Shown: positions 35,864 through 47,346, counted from the stretch's first letter. The stretch: DNA of 64,000 nucleotides from Paludibacter sp. (GCA_047600405.1 JASGLA010000009.1:14416-78415); one strand, 5' to 3'. Notes: a model not told the origin generated them from the sequence alone. A program made the numbers and translations.

Positions 35864-37276
35864 ATGAAATTTAAGTTGATTTTCTTTTCTCTTTTTCTGG
35901 CTGTTTCGCTCAGTGCCCGAAAGGCGGACGATGGTGAAGCGCTGTTCAACAGCAAGCAATATGCAAAGGCGCGTCCGGTGTATGAAGCATTGCTGAAACA
36001 AAAACCCAACGATGCGCTTTACAACTACCGTTATGCCCGCTGTTGCTACGAGCTGAAAGATGCTGAGAATGCCATTAAGCATTTTGAAATGTCGGGGAGC
36101 AAGTTTCCTATGCGCGATTTGTACCTGGGCGAGCTTTATTACAATACGTACAAATTTGATGAGTCGGTTATGGCTTACCAGACTTATATGGCCACATTGA
36201 AGCCGGACGATAGCAAGATCCCAGAATACCAGCGGAAGGCTAAACTGGCTGAAAATGCAGCCCGGCTATTGACCAAAGTGGATGATATTGCTATTGTTGA
36301 TAGTCAGGTGGTGAACAAATCCGATTTCTTGCGTTCTTACAAATTCAGTTCCGAGTTGGGGTCACTCAAGCAGGAGCAAATTAAAATCCCGGGTCGCAAA
36401 TCTGTGGATAAAATTACCTATACTACACAGCGTCAGGACCGGGTTTATTATTCCGATTCCATTCACGGGCAGCTGAATGTTTTTACATCCTATAAATTGT
36501 TTGATGCTTGGTCTGAGCCAGTTTCTATTTCGGATGTGATTAATACGACGGCAAATGAAAATTATCCATTTTTACTGTTGGATGGTGTTACGGTTTATTT
36601 CGCTTCGGATGGTGAAAACTCGATAGGAGGTTACGATTTGTTTGTTACCCGGTTTACTCCATCAACGAACACTTATCTGGCGCCGGAGAATATTGGTTTC
36701 CCGTTCAACTCGCCTGCCAACGATTACATGATGGTGATTGACGAACAACGTAAACTGGGCTGGTTTGCTACGGATCGGAATCAGGCAAGCGGGAAGGTTA
36801 TGATTTATACTTTTGTTCCAAACGAAGTCAGAAATACCGTTCGCTCGGAGGATAAGGATTATATCCGCAGTGTTGCCCGTTTGAAGGTTTATCGCAAAGC
36901 AGCACAGGTTGATACCGAAAATCAGCTTGTGGGCCAAAGCCAGGATGCAGCAGCGGAAAAACAATTTGAATTTGTTGTAAATGATTCTGTCGTTTATACA
37001 CAAACCGATGAGTTTAAAAGCGAAGGAGGCGCAAAGCTTTGGATAGAGGTACATACGCTTTCTGCAGTTCACAAAAAAGCAAAGGCTGAATTGTCCGAGA
37101 AGCGCACTCAATATATGAATTCAGAGAATGAAGCGGATAAAAATGATCTTGCAAAAGCCATTCTGGATATGGAAAAGAAAAATCTGGATATGGAACGATT
37201 AATATCTGTGAAAACGATCCAGTTGAGAAATCTCGAAAACTCGGCACTTTTGGGGAGAAAAGCTGATAAAAACTGA
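35864..37276 (+). CDS. TPR + PD40 (WD40-like beta-propeller) secreted protein
   Basis: Signal peptide, TPR helices, INTTANENYP / YFASDG / GGYDLF motifs. Confidence 0.75.
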   Translation: MKFKLIFFSLFLAVSLSARKADDGEALFNSKQYAKARPVYEALLKQKPNDALYNYRYARCCYELKDAENAIKHFEMSGSKFPMRDLYLGELYYNTYKFDESVMAYQTYMATLKPDDSKIPEYQRKAKLAENAARLLTKVDDIAIVDSQVVNKSDFLRSYKFSSELGSLKQEQIKIPGRKSVDKITYTTQRQDRVYYSDSIHGQLNVFTSYKLFDAWSEPVSISDVINTTANENYPFLLLDGVTVYFASDGENSIGGYDLFVTRFTPSTNTYLAPENIGFPFNSPANDYMMVIDEQRKLGWFATDRNQASGKVMIYTFVPNEVRNTVRSEDKDYIRSVARLKVYRKAAQVDTENQLVGQSQDAAAEKQFEFVVNDSVVYTQTDEFKSEGGAKLWIEVHTLSAVHKKAKAELSEKRTQYMNSENEADKNDLAKAILDMEKKNLDMERLISVKTIQLRNLENSALLGRKADKN

Positions 37277-37748
37277 ACCATTTCAGATTGGATTTGTTTT
37301 AATTTTACAAGGAAACCAATACCTGAAAAGGATTTTGGATTCTTTGATGAGATATAAAACATAGTACTGGAACGATTAAGAGAGAGGAGGGTGAATGGCT
37401 GATAATGCTAATTTTTCAAAGGAAAAAATTAAAAATAAGCTACATGTTGGTCGAGTTGGATTTAATCGGGTTTACTATTTATCAAAGTAAATGTTAGTAT
37501 ACGTTTGAATATTTTTCAGTGGAGTATACACGTAATAACAGAGCAACATCAAAAGGATCGCATGTAAAGGATATTTTGAAAAATGATTTTCAAAATATTA
37601 GTTAAATAGACAGATAGGAATTTATTCTATCTGTTTGTTTTTTAGCTGATTAATAAATTTGTTATAAACACTTAACGTTATTTCGGATTATTTTTACTCT
37701 TTCTTTGGTTTTTCGTGTTAATTTTGTCATCAATTATAATAGAACTAA

Positions 37749-38552
37749 ATGGATAAATTGCGTTTTCAGAGTTTTGGAAGTGGAAGTAGCGGGAATTGTT
37801 ATTATATCGGTAATGCCTCGAGTGGTTTGTTGATAGATGCCGGGGTGGGTGTGAGAACCATTCGGAAGTGCTTGCGAAACCTGGGGCTCGACTTTGAAAA
37901 CATTTGGGGCGTATTTGTCACTCACGATCATGCCGATCATATCAAAGCAGTTGGGCCCATTGGTGAAAAGCATCGCGTACCCGTTTATACAACCCGAAAA
38001 GTACATGAAGGCATTCAGCGCAGTTACTGTGTGACCGAAAAATTATATTCCAGCCGGAAATATATTGAAAAAGGTGAAACGGTTGAGGTGGGTGAGTTTA
38101 AGGTGACCGCCTTTCATGTTTCGCATGATGCTACGGATAATGTGGGGTATACTGTTGAATATAAAGGGAAAAGATTTACTTTTGCTACCGATTTGGGGTT
38201 TGTGGGCGAAGAAGTAGCCCAACACCTGACACAAGCCGATTATCTGGTGCTTGAAGCAAATTACGATGAACAAATGCTTCGGAAAGGTCCATATCCTATT
38301 CATTTACAGAACAGAATTATTGCCGAAACCGGGCATCTCAGCAACGAACAGGCCGGGCTTTTTCTGGCAGAAAACTATAACGAGCGGATGCAGCATATTT
38401 TCCTTTGCCACCTGAGCCGGGAGAATAATTTGCCTGAATTGGCGTATACAACCGTACAAAACCATTTGGACGAGAAGCGGATAACTGTGGGGAAAGACGT
38501 TCAGTTGGCAACTTTAGACAGAATGAATCCGTCGGAATTGTACATTTTCTAA
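37749..38552 (+). CDS. MBL-fold metallo-hydrolase (YycJ/WalJ-like)
   Basis: SGSSGNC, THDHADH, HLSN, HLS motifs. Confidence 0.88.
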   Translation: MDKLRFQSFGSGSSGNCYYIGNASSGLLIDAGVGVRTIRKCLRNLGLDFENIWGVFVTHDHADHIKAVGPIGEKHRVPVYTTRKVHEGIQRSYCVTEKLYSSRKYIEKGETVEVGEFKVTAFHVSHDATDNVGYTVEYKGKRFTFATDLGFVGEEVAQHLTQADYLVLEANYDEQMLRKGPYPIHLQNRIIAETGHLSNEQAGLFLAENYNERMQHIFLCHLSRENNLPELAYTTVQNHLDEKRITVGKDVQLATLDRMNPSELYIF

Positions 38553-38611
38553 TCACACAAATCATTAATTGACTCATTGCTATAAACTACGAACCACAAA
38601 CCACAAAAAGT

Positions 38612-39352
38612 ATGGCAGAAAATCTGGTTATTATTCCTACCTATAACGAAAAGGAAAACATTGAAAATATTATTCGTGCAGTATTTAGTCAACCGATTTT
38701 TTACCATGTTTTAATTATCGAAGATGGTTCGCCCGACGGAACAGCCGGTATTGTAAAAACGTTGCAAACCGAGTTTCCGGAACGCTTGTTCATGGTTGAA
38801 CGAACTGGAAAATTGGGCTTGGGTACAGCCTATATTGCAGGTTTTAAATGGGCATTGGAGCATGGTTACAACTATATTTTCGAAATGGATGCCGACTTTT
38901 CGCATAATCCGGTCGATCTGAACCGATTGTATGAAGCGTGTTCCAAAGAGGGTGCCGATGTAGCTATAGGTTCACGTTATGTAAGTGGCGTTAATGTTGT
39001 AAACTGGCCAATCGGCCGCGTTTTGATGTCGTATTTTGCTTCAAAATATGTTCGGTTTGTACTGGGTGTGAAGATAGCCGACACTACTGCCGGTTTTAAA
39101 TGTTATCGTCGTGAAGTGCTGGAGACCATTGAGTTGGATAAAATACGTTTCAAAGGTTATGCGTTTCAGGTAGAAATGAAATATACAGCCTATGAGTGCG
39201 GATTTACACTGAAAGAAGTTCCGGTTATTTTTATTAACCGTGTGCTGGGTACATCGAAAATGAGCGGTGGAATTTTTGGCGAAGCATTTTTTGGTGTTAT
39301 CCAGTTGAAAATAAACAGTTGGTTTCGAAAATTTCCACAAAAGAAAAAATAA
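38612..39352 (+). CDS. Polyprenol monophosphomannose synthase (GT2)
   Basis: IPTYNE, DGSPDGT, EMDADFSH. Confidence 0.9.
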   Translation: MAENLVIIPTYNEKENIENIIRAVFSQPIFYHVLIIEDGSPDGTAGIVKTLQTEFPERLFMVERTGKLGLGTAYIAGFKWALEHGYNYIFEMDADFSHNPVDLNRLYEACSKEGADVAIGSRYVSGVNVVNWPIGRVLMSYFASKYVRFVLGVKIADTTAGFKCYRREVLETIELDKIRFKGYAFQVEMKYTAYECGFTLKEVPVIFINRVLGTSKMSGGIFGEAFFGVIQLKINSWFRKFPQKKK

Positions 39353-39487
39353 TAATGTGATAATGTGTTGATGTGATAATTTGAAAATTATCATAATAAT
39401 GTTTTATTTATTTGCTAATTGCCACATCAACTAATCATCGAATTATCATATTACCACATCAACTAATCAACGCATCAATTAAATATT

Positions 39488-40828
39488 ATGCAGTTAATCA
39501 AAAATGCTACCATTGTGAACGAAGGACGGACTTTTGTCGGTTCGGTATTGATTGATAATGAGCAAATAAAAGCGGTATATGAAGAAAACCAGCCGGTAGA
39601 AATTTCAGAACCCTATTCTGAAAGAGATGCAACAGGCTTGCTTCTTTTTCCGGGTATCATTGATGACCAGGTACATTTCCGCGATCCAGGGCTAACTCAC
39701 AAAGGCGATATTTACACTGAAAGTAAAGCGGCGGTTGCAGGTGGCATAACTTCGTATTTCGAAATGCCGAATACCAAGCCACAGGCTACAACCATTGATT
39801 TACTTGAAGACAAATATAATCTGGCCGCTGAAAAATCGTTTGCCAATTATTCCTTTTTAATGGGTGTGACGAATGATAACATTGATGAACTAAAAAAAAT
39901 AAATCCCCGTACAGTAGCTGGCCTGAAAATGTTTATGGGCTCATCTACCGGGAATATGTTGGTGGACAATCAAAACACATTAAACCGTGTTTTCTCGGAA
40001 GTCCCCTTGCTTATTGTAACGCATTGCGAGGATGAAAGTACTATTCAGGCTAACATTCAGCATTATAAAAACCTATTGGGAGAAGATATACCGGTTGAGT
40101 ATCATCCTTTGATACGAAATGCGGAAGCTTGCTACAAATCATCTTCATTTGCGGTAGAACTGGCGAAAAAATATAATTCCCGTTTGCACGTTTTCCACTT
40201 GTCATCAGCACTGGAAATGTCATTATTCTCATCGGATAAGCCGCTTCGGGAAAAAAGGATTACTGCCGAGGTATGTGTACACCACCTGTGGTTTTCGGAT
40301 GCTGATTATGCCAAATACGGAAACCGTATCAAATGGAATCCGGCTATAAAATCGGAATCGGACCGGTTAGCGTTGATTGAAGCTGTAAATTCTGATAAAA
40401 TTGATGTAGTGGCTACCGACCATGCGCCGCATTTGTTGTCAGAGAAAGAAGGTTCTTGTCTGAAAGCTGCTTCCGGAGGTCCATTGGTTCAACATTCGCT
40501 GGTTGCCATGTTACAGATGGCAAAGCGCGGTATTTTTACCTTTGAAAAAGTGGTGGAAAAAATGTGTCATGCACCAGCCGATTTATTCAGGATAGAGAAA
40601 CGCGGATTCATTCGGCCCGGCTATTTTGCCGACTTAGTGCTGGTTGACCCCACTAAATCATGGACAGTAAGCCCGGAGAATATATTGTACAAATGCGGTT
40701 GGTCTCCCTTCGAAGGCACTACCTTTGACAATACGGTGGTAACCACTTGGGTAAATGGACAGCCGGTTTTTGATAATGGGAAATTTGATGAAGCGGTTCG
40801 TGGGCAGCGGTTATTGTTTGAAGTTTAA
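39488..40828 (+). CDS. pyrC: Dihydroorotase
   Basis: DQVHFRDPG, EMPNT, ATDHAPH. Confidence 0.9.
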   Translation: MQLIKNATIVNEGRTFVGSVLIDNEQIKAVYEENQPVEISEPYSERDATGLLLFPGIIDDQVHFRDPGLTHKGDIYTESKAAVAGGITSYFEMPNTKPQATTIDLLEDKYNLAAEKSFANYSFLMGVTNDNIDELKKINPRTVAGLKMFMGSSTGNMLVDNQNTLNRVFSEVPLLIVTHCEDESTIQANIQHYKNLLGEDIPVEYHPLIRNAEACYKSSSFAVELAKKYNSRLHVFHLSSALEMSLFSSDKPLREKRITAEVCVHHLWFSDADYAKYGNRIKWNPAIKSESDRLALIEAVNSDKIDVVATDHAPHLLSEKEGSCLKAASGGPLVQHSLVAMLQMAKRGIFTFEKVVEKMCHAPADLFRIEKRGFIRPGYFADLVLVDPTKSWTVSPENILYKCGWSPFEGTTFDNTVVTTWVNGQPVFDNGKFDEAVRGQRLLFEV

Positions 40829-40849
40829 TTTTCAGATAACTATGGTTTT

Positions 40850-41893
40850 ATGAAAAAAGGTGGCTTGATATCGTTGATAACCGGAGTACTCGTCATTGCA
40901 CTTGCCTGCATAGGATATTTCATTGTATTGAAAGATAAGGAATCTGCCGTAAGAGTAAAATATATCTACAACTATGGCGAAACTCAGGGTACCACTTATT
41001 TAATTGTTTATCAGCAACCTAAAGGAATAGACTTGCAACCGAAAATTGAGGAACGCCTACGCCAGTTCGATATGTCACTGTCCACTTACGTTCCCAATTC
41101 TATTATTTCGAGAATAAACCGGAATGATTCAACGGTACAGACCGACTCGCTTTTCGAAACCATGTTCTATGCTGCCCAGGATGCTGCAAAACGAACCAAT
41201 GGTGCGCTCGATATCACGGTTGGACCACTGGTTAAGGCCTGGGGCTTTGCTTTTGGCAATAATGATCATAGCAAGCAGCCTAATGTGGCGGAGTTTTTAC
41301 CATTTATAGGATATCAAAAGGTTCGGATTAAAGATCATAAGCTGATCAAGGATGACCCGCGTATTTTGATCGATGCAAATTCAATAGCCCAGGGCTACTC
41401 GGCAGATATCATTGCCAAGTTGTTGGAAAACAACGGTTGCAAAAATTATATGATTGAAATTGGCGGCGAAGTTGTTTGCAAAGGACTTAACGACAAGGGT
41501 GAAAAGTGGAAAATCGGAATTGATAGGGCAATAGACGATTCAACGAGTTCAACAGAAGAATTGCAAACAATACTTTCGCTGACTGATTGTGCTGTAACAA
41601 CATCCGGAGGTTATCGTAAATTTTATATTAAAAACGGAAAGAAATACTCGCATATTATTAATCCTCATACCGGCTATCCGGTAAGTAATAATGTGTTGAG
41701 TGTAACCGTTATAGCTCCAACAGCTCTTATGGCCGATGCCTATGATACGCCATTCATGATATTGGGAGTCGATAGTTGCCTGAAAATTTGTAAAAGCATT
41801 CCTGGAATGGAATGTTATTTAATATATGTAGATAAAAATGGTAAAAATCAGGTTGTCTATACGGAGGGTTTCAAGAAATACTTAACTCAATAA
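40850..41893 (+). CDS. apbE: FAD:protein FMN transferase
   Basis: DITVGPLVKAWG, IAQGY, EIGGE, TSGGYR, SHIINPHTG, ADA. Confidence 0.9.
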   Translation: MKKGGLISLITGVLVIALACIGYFIVLKDKESAVRVKYIYNYGETQGTTYLIVYQQPKGIDLQPKIEERLRQFDMSLSTYVPNSIISRINRNDSTVQTDSLFETMFYAAQDAAKRTNGALDITVGPLVKAWGFAFGNNDHSKQPNVAEFLPFIGYQKVRIKDHKLIKDDPRILIDANSIAQGYSADIIAKLLENNGCKNYMIEIGGEVVCKGLNDKGEKWKIGIDRAIDDSTSSTEELQTILSLTDCAVTTSGGYRKFYIKNGKKYSHIINPHTGYPVSNNVLSVTVIAPTALMADAYDTPFMILGVDSCLKICKSIPGMECYLIYVDKNGKNQVVYTEGFKKYLTQ

Positions 41894-41992
41894 TTTTCAA
41901 CAAATAACTAAAAGCCTCTACTTTTGTTAAATACAAATAATATATTTTTTTATTCCTGATTAAATAACTATTTTTGCAGTCCAAATTAAAAT

Positions 41993-42796
41993 ATGAAAAA
42001 GTACTCGTTTTTTCTTGTAATAGTAGTTTTGACCCTTGTTTCGTGCAGCGAATATCAAAAATTACTGAAATCCGACGATGCAGAGTTGAAGTATAACAAA
42101 GCTGTTGAGTATTTCGACAAAGGTGATTTTATGCGTGCCTCTACGCTTTTCGATGCAATTGCAAGTTATTACAAAGGTACCGACCGTTCTGAGACCGTTT
42201 TAAACTATATGGCAAAGTCGTATATGGGTCAGAAGGACTATTATTCGGCAAGCGAGTATTATAAAACATATGTAAAGACTTATCCGAAAGGGAAATACGT
42301 AGTTGAGGCGAAGTACATGATTGGGTATTGTTATTACCTGGATTCACCGGATGCCCGCCTTGACCAAACGGAAACCTACAATGCAATTGCAGCGCTTCAG
42401 GAATTTGTAGATATTTACCCCGAAAGCGAACGGGTTCAGGATGCCAACAAATTGCTGGAAGAGCTTACAAATAAGCTGGCGTATAAAGCCTATCTGAATG
42501 CAAAATTGTATTTTAATCTGGGAAATTACATGGGTAACAACTACGAGTCGGCAGTTATCACCGCCCAAAACGCAATGAAGAATTTTCCGACAACTTCTTA
42601 CCGAGAAGAGTTGGGTATGATAATTCTGGAGTCGAAATATGAACAAGCTGTGCAGAGCGTTGTTGAAAAGAAGATAGAGCGTTTTCGGAATACGATAGAC
42701 GAGTATTACAATTTTATCAACGAGTTTCCGGATGGAAAGCAACGCAAACAGGCTGATAGGATTTTCAATGAATCGAAAAAAAATGTGAAAGAATAA
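41993..42796 (+). CDS. bamD: Outer membrane protein assembly factor BamD
   Basis: Lipobox, TPRs, SPDARLDQ motif; conserved synteny. Confidence 0.88.
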   Translation: MKKYSFFLVIVVLTLVSCSEYQKLLKSDDAELKYNKAVEYFDKGDFMRASTLFDAIASYYKGTDRSETVLNYMAKSYMGQKDYYSASEYYKTYVKTYPKGKYVVEAKYMIGYCYYLDSPDARLDQTETYNAIAALQEFVDIYPESERVQDANKLLEELTNKLAYKAYLNAKLYFNLGNYMGNNYESAVITAQNAMKNFPTTSYREELGMIILESKYEQAVQSVVEKKIERFRNTIDEYYNFINEFPDGKQRKQADRIFNESKKNVKE

Positions 42797-42808
42797 AATA
42801 AAGTAACT

Positions 42809-43138
42809 ATGGATTACAAAAAAGTAAATGCTCCGACTAACACAATTTCACGTGATATGAACTCAATGAGTGCCAATATCGGAAATGTGTACGAAACTGT
42901 AAAAGTTATTGGTAAACGTGCTAATCAAATTAGTGTGGAGATTAAATCGGAACTCGATAAAAAATTACAGGAATTTGCATCGTTCAACGAAAATATTGAA
43001 GAGGTTTTCGAAAACCGCGAGCAAATCGAGATCTCGCGTTATTATGAAAAACTTCCAAAACCGGTACTGATTGCCACTCAAGAGTTTTTGGAAGATAAAG
43101 TGTACTATCGCAACCCGATTAAAGATAAACTGAAATAA
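42809..43138 (+). CDS. rpoZ: RNA polymerase omega subunit (Bacteroidota type)
   Basis: GNVYE...KRANQI, ENREQIEISRYYEKLPKP; lies between bamD and coaBC. Confidence 0.85.
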   Translation: MDYKKVNAPTNTISRDMNSMSANIGNVYETVKVIGKRANQISVEIKSELDKKLQEFASFNENIEEVFENREQIEISRYYEKLPKPVLIATQEFLEDKVYYRNPIKDKLK

Positions 43139-43268
43139 AAAACATTTCATTTCTTTTCTGTGTAGATAAAAGAATATTGTGTTCCCAAGGATGCAATATT
43201 CTTTTATCTTTTTTTGTTTGCGGGTAGTTCAATTCATTTTTGTATTTTTGTAAATCGGAAAACCGGGA

Positions 43269-43337
43269 GAACGGATTTCCAAATCCGCTCAAAGGAACGA
43301 TGAATAAAAGTCCGGGTGAACGGATTTCCAAATCCGT
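43269..43337. repeat. Two copies of a palindromic REP-like element
   Basis: AACGGATTTCCAAATCCG twice. Confidence 0.65.
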
Positions 43338-43389
43338 TTAAGAGGGAAAGCAAGCAAAGCTGTGTCGTAAATAAATTGATAATTGAAAT

Positions 43390-44586
43390 ATGTCATTAAA
43401 AGGTAAGAAAATAATATTAGGTGTTACAGGAAGTATTGCTGCCTATAAATCGGCTCAACTTATTCGCCTGTTGGTAAAGGAAGGGGTGGAAGTAAAGGTG
43501 GTTATGACTGCTTTGGCTAAAGAATTTATTACTCCGCTGACTCTAGCAACTCTGGCAAAAAGCCCGATTTTGGTGGACTTTTTTGATCCTACTAATGGCA
43601 ATTGGAACAGTCATGTCGATTTGGGGTTATGGGCCGATGCTTACCTGATTGCGCCGGCTACTGCCAATACGATTGGCAAAATGGCAAACGGTGTGGCTGA
43701 TAACTTGTTGCTTACGACTTATTTGTCGGCTAAATGCCCGGTTTTTGTAGCTCCTGCCATGGATTTGGACATGTTTGCGCATCCTGCTAATCAACGTAAC
43801 CTGGAAACACTCCAGTCTATAGGAAATCATATTATTGAACCCGGTAGCGGCGAGTTGGCCAGCGGACTTGAAGGGAAGGGACGTATGGAAGAACCCGAAA
43901 ATATAGTTCGTTACCTGGACGATTTTTTTACTCCAAAACCACTTTCTGGGAAAAAAATACTGATTACAGCCGGTCCCACATACGAAAAGATTGATCCTGT
44001 ACGTTTTGTAGGTAATTATTCTACCGGAAAAATGGGTTTTGCGCTGGCTGAGGTGTGTGCACGCCAGGGAGCAGAGGTTTGCCTGGTTGCAGGACCTGTG
44101 CAGTTGAAGACGGTGCACCCGAACATTGAACGGATCGATGTGGAATCGGCAGAACAGATGTTCGAAGAAACGACCAACCGTTTTTACAGTATGGATGGAG
44201 CTATTTTGTGTGCTGCTGTGGCGGATTTCACTCCGAAAGAAACAGCAGAAACAAAAATTAAACGTAAGAAAGATGATCTTGTCCTGGAGTTGAAACCCAC
44301 GCAGGATATTGCAGCTTTTGTGGGTGAAATGAAAACAGGAAGCCAGTTTATAGTGGGCTTTGCCCTGGAAACTAACAACGAGGAAGCTAATGCCCAAAGC
44401 AAGCTGGAACGTAAGAATTTTGATTTTATCGTGCTGAACTCGCTGAAGGATGAAAAAGCCGGTTTTGGTTTCGATACCAATAAAATAAGCATTATTCATT
44501 GTTCCGGGGAAACAAAACAATTTGATTTGAAAAACAAACAGGCAGTAGCAGAAGATATTGTTGCTGAAATTGTAAGGATATTGTAA
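43390..44586 (+). CDS. coaBC: Phosphopantothenoylcysteine decarboxylase/synthetase
   Basis: TGSIAAYK, APATAN, APAM, TAGPTYEKIDPVR, AAVADF. Confidence 0.95.
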   Translation: MSLKGKKIILGVTGSIAAYKSAQLIRLLVKEGVEVKVVMTALAKEFITPLTLATLAKSPILVDFFDPTNGNWNSHVDLGLWADAYLIAPATANTIGKMANGVADNLLLTTYLSAKCPVFVAPAMDLDMFAHPANQRNLETLQSIGNHIIEPGSGELASGLEGKGRMEEPENIVRYLDDFFTPKPLSGKKILITAGPTYEKIDPVRFVGNYSTGKMGFALAEVCARQGAEVCLVAGPVQLKTVHPNIERIDVESAEQMFEETTNRFYSMDGAILCAAVADFTPKETAETKIKRKKDDLVLELKPTQDIAAFVGEMKTGSQFIVGFALETNNEEANAQSKLERKNFDFIVLNSLKDEKAGFGFDTNKISIIHCSGETKQFDLKNKQAVAEDIVAEIVRIL

Positions 44587-44591
44587 AAAAT

Positions 44592-45494
44592 ATGACTGTG
44601 ATGAAAAACTTAGTGCTTATACTTTCTTTCTTTTTATTTGCCGGGATGGCTCAGGCCCAGGAGCTGAATTGTACTGTACAAATCAATTCCGATCAGGTTC
44701 AGGGAACGAATAAGTCTGTTTTTAATACCTTGCAGAAATCCATTTCTGAATTTATCAATAACCGGAAGTGGACGGAAATGACTTACACTAATGCTGAGCG
44801 CATAGAGTGCAGCATGAATATAATTGTGAAAAAAGTAGATGCCGATGCTTTTACAGCCGAGGTTTTGGTGCAATCAAGGCGTCCGGTATACAATACCAAT
44901 TATAACAGTCCGCTTATCAATTTTAAAGACAATGAGTTTGCGTTCAACTACAAGGAGTTTGATATCCTTGAAATGAACGAAAACACCATTACCTCTAATC
45001 TTACGGCCGTGTTGGCTTACTACTGCTACCTGATAATCGGTTATGATATGGATTCATATTCCCGTCTTGGTGGAACGCCTTATTTTCAGGCTGCCGAGAA
45101 CATAGTGAATATAGCCCAGAGCGGAGATTTAGGCAAAGGCTGGAAAGCTTTCGATAGCAATAAAAACCGTTATGCGCTTATCAATAACATTCTGGATGAG
45201 GCCTTTAAAAAATACAGAAACTATTTCTACGAATACCACCGCCTGGGACTTGACGAAATGCCTATTAATGCTACCAATGCCCGTGCCCGCATTGCCGAAG
45301 GGCTGCCCCTGTTGCGCGAAGCTAACCGTGCCCGGCCTTCTGCCATTGTTATTTCGGCATTTCTGGATGCTAAAAACGATGAATTGATAAACATTCTCAG
45401 CAAAGGGTCTACAAAGGAAAAAGAAGAAGCTGTTCAGGTACTTTGCGATGTAAATCCTACGCTGACGTCGAGATACGAAACTATTCTGAAGTAA
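44592..45494 (+). CDS. DUF4835 family protein
   Basis: AQELNCTVQIN N-terminus; synteny with coaBC and recN. Confidence 0.8.
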   Translation: MTVMKNLVLILSFFLFAGMAQAQELNCTVQINSDQVQGTNKSVFNTLQKSISEFINNRKWTEMTYTNAERIECSMNIIVKKVDADAFTAEVLVQSRRPVYNTNYNSPLINFKDNEFAFNYKEFDILEMNENTITSNLTAVLAYYCYLIIGYDMDSYSRLGGTPYFQAAENIVNIAQSGDLGKGWKAFDSNKNRYALINNILDEAFKKYRNYFYEYHRLGLDEMPINATNARARIAEGLPLLREANRARPSAIVISAFLDAKNDELINILSKGSTKEKEEAVQVLCDVNPTLTSRYETILK

Positions 45495-45563
45495 TTCCGG
45501 AGGAACCGGCTTTTGCGATGAAGAATCCTTGCCTGAGAAAAATATATAACTCACTGTCAATTT

Positions 45564-47222
45564 ATGCTGAAATCTCTACATATCACCAATTACGCTTTAA
45601 TAACCGAACTTAATATCGACTTTGAATCAGGCTTTTCTGTTATCACGGGTGAGACAGGTGCCGGAAAATCAATTATCCTGGGAGCTCTTTCGCTTATTCT
45701 GGGACAGCGGGCCGATTCCAAATCCATTAAAACCGATACTGATAAATGCATTATTGAGGCTGAATTTGATATTTCGGCCTATAAGCATTTGGATGATTTT
45801 TTCGTGCAAAACGACCTTGACAAAGATGGGAATGCCTGTGTGATCCGTCGCGAACTGACCAGCGCCGGCAAATCCAGGGCATTTGTCAATGATACGCCGG
45901 TGGGGTTGAATGTGATTCGCGACCTGAGCAACCGGTTGATTGACATCCATTCGCAACACGAGAATTTGCTGCTTTCCAACGATACCTATCAACTGGAAGT
46001 GGTGGATACCATAGCCCAAAATGCCACTATACAGACCGCCTATCAGCAAGCTTACCATGAATGGAGAAACCTGCAAACAGAACTGAAACAGTTGCAGCAA
46101 ACAGCCGATAAGCAGGCGAGCGATACCGATTATATCCAGTTTCAGTACCAACAACTTGAAGATGCCCGGCTTGTAGAGAATGAGCAGGAGGCACTCGAAT
46201 CCGAGCAGGAAACGCTGGCTCATGCTGAAGAAATCAAATCGGAACTGCTCAAGGCGCAGCAGCTGATGAATGACGAGCAAATGTCACTTTCGTTGCTAAA
46301 GGAAAGTATAACAGCTGTTTCACATGTTAAAAACTACATTCCTTTGGGCGAAGGTTGGTATGAGCGTTTGCATTCGGCATTGATTGAACTCAAGGATATT
46401 GCTTCGGAAATTGCCCAGTTCGAAGAACGGGTGGAATTTAATCCAACAAGGCTGGAATGGGTGGAGAACCGCCTGGGCGAACTGTTTACCCTTCAGAAAA
46501 AATATAAAGTTGCTTCGGTGGCCGAACTGATAAGCATTCGAAACGGTTTTGCGGAGCAACTTCAGCGTATCGGTTCGTTTGATGAAGAAATTGCTGCACT
46601 GAAAGGCCGGATTGACCATGCTTACCAGCAACTTCAAAAAGAAGCACAAAAACTGACCGAAAGCCGGGCGAAAGCCTGCAAACCCATAGAAAAATACCTG
46701 GTTGATCAACTCCAGAAACTAGGTATGCTGAACATTCAGTTTGAGGTAGCTGTGTCAGCTTTGCCTGATTTTACAGAGAATGGCGTGGATGAAGTCCAGT
46801 TTCTTTTTTCGGCCAATAAAAACCGATCGGTTCAGCCCGTTACGCAGATTGCGTCGGGTGGGGAAGTGGCCCGCCTGATGTTGTCTATCAAATCGATGGT
46901 AGCTCATAAGGCCGATTTGCCAACCATCATTTTCGATGAAATTGATACGGGTGTTTCCGGCGAAATAGCCCACCGCATGGGCGACATTATGCAGTCCATG
47001 AGTAAGGATATGCAGGTGATCACTATCACCCACCTGCCGCAGATAGCAGGTAAAGGTGCTCAACACTACCGGGTTTTCAAAGACGACAGCGGCAAGCAAA
47101 CACAGACTCATATCCAGCGGTTGAAAACGGACGAAAGGGTGACCGAGCTGGCCCAAATGCTTAGTGGAAAAAATATCACCGATGCAGCTTTGCTTAATGC
47201 CCGGGAATTGTTGGGAAATTAA
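45564..47222 (+). CDS. recN: DNA repair protein RecN
   Basis: GETGAGKS, IHSQH, ASGGE, FDEIDTG. Confidence 0.95.
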   Translation: MLKSLHITNYALITELNIDFESGFSVITGETGAGKSIILGALSLILGQRADSKSIKTDTDKCIIEAEFDISAYKHLDDFFVQNDLDKDGNACVIRRELTSAGKSRAFVNDTPVGLNVIRDLSNRLIDIHSQHENLLLSNDTYQLEVVDTIAQNATIQTAYQQAYHEWRNLQTELKQLQQTADKQASDTDYIQFQYQQLEDARLVENEQEALESEQETLAHAEEIKSELLKAQQLMNDEQMSLSLLKESITAVSHVKNYIPLGEGWYERLHSALIELKDIASEIAQFEERVEFNPTRLEWVENRLGELFTLQKKYKVASVAELISIRNGFAEQLQRIGSFDEEIAALKGRIDHAYQQLQKEAQKLTESRAKACKPIEKYLVDQLQKLGMLNIQFEVAVSALPDFTENGVDEVQFLFSANKNRSVQPVTQIASGGEVARLMLSIKSMVAHKADLPTIIFDEIDTGVSGEIAHRMGDIMQSMSKDMQVITITHLPQIAGKGAQHYRVFKDDSGKQTQTHIQRLKTDERVTELAQMLSGKNITDAALLNARELLGN

Positions 47223-47292
47223 GAAATTCTATACCGTTGTTTTTATGGTGATACAAAGCCCATTTCATAAATCGATACATTTCTGTTAATCA

Positions 47293-47328
47293 AAAGAGCG
47301 CTTCCCGAGAATCTGGGAAGCGCTCTTT
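47293..47328. terminator. Bidirectional terminator
   Basis: AAAGAGCGCTTCCC-loop-GGGAAGCGCTCTTT between convergent genes. Confidence 0.8.
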
Positions 47329-47346
47329 GTCTTTATAATCAGACTT

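Noticed and set aside
39350-39480. ATAATGTG / CACATCAACTAATCA short repeats as an ncRNA or riboswitch before pyrC
   Set aside because: Low-complexity intergenic repeats with no recognisable conserved RNA motif
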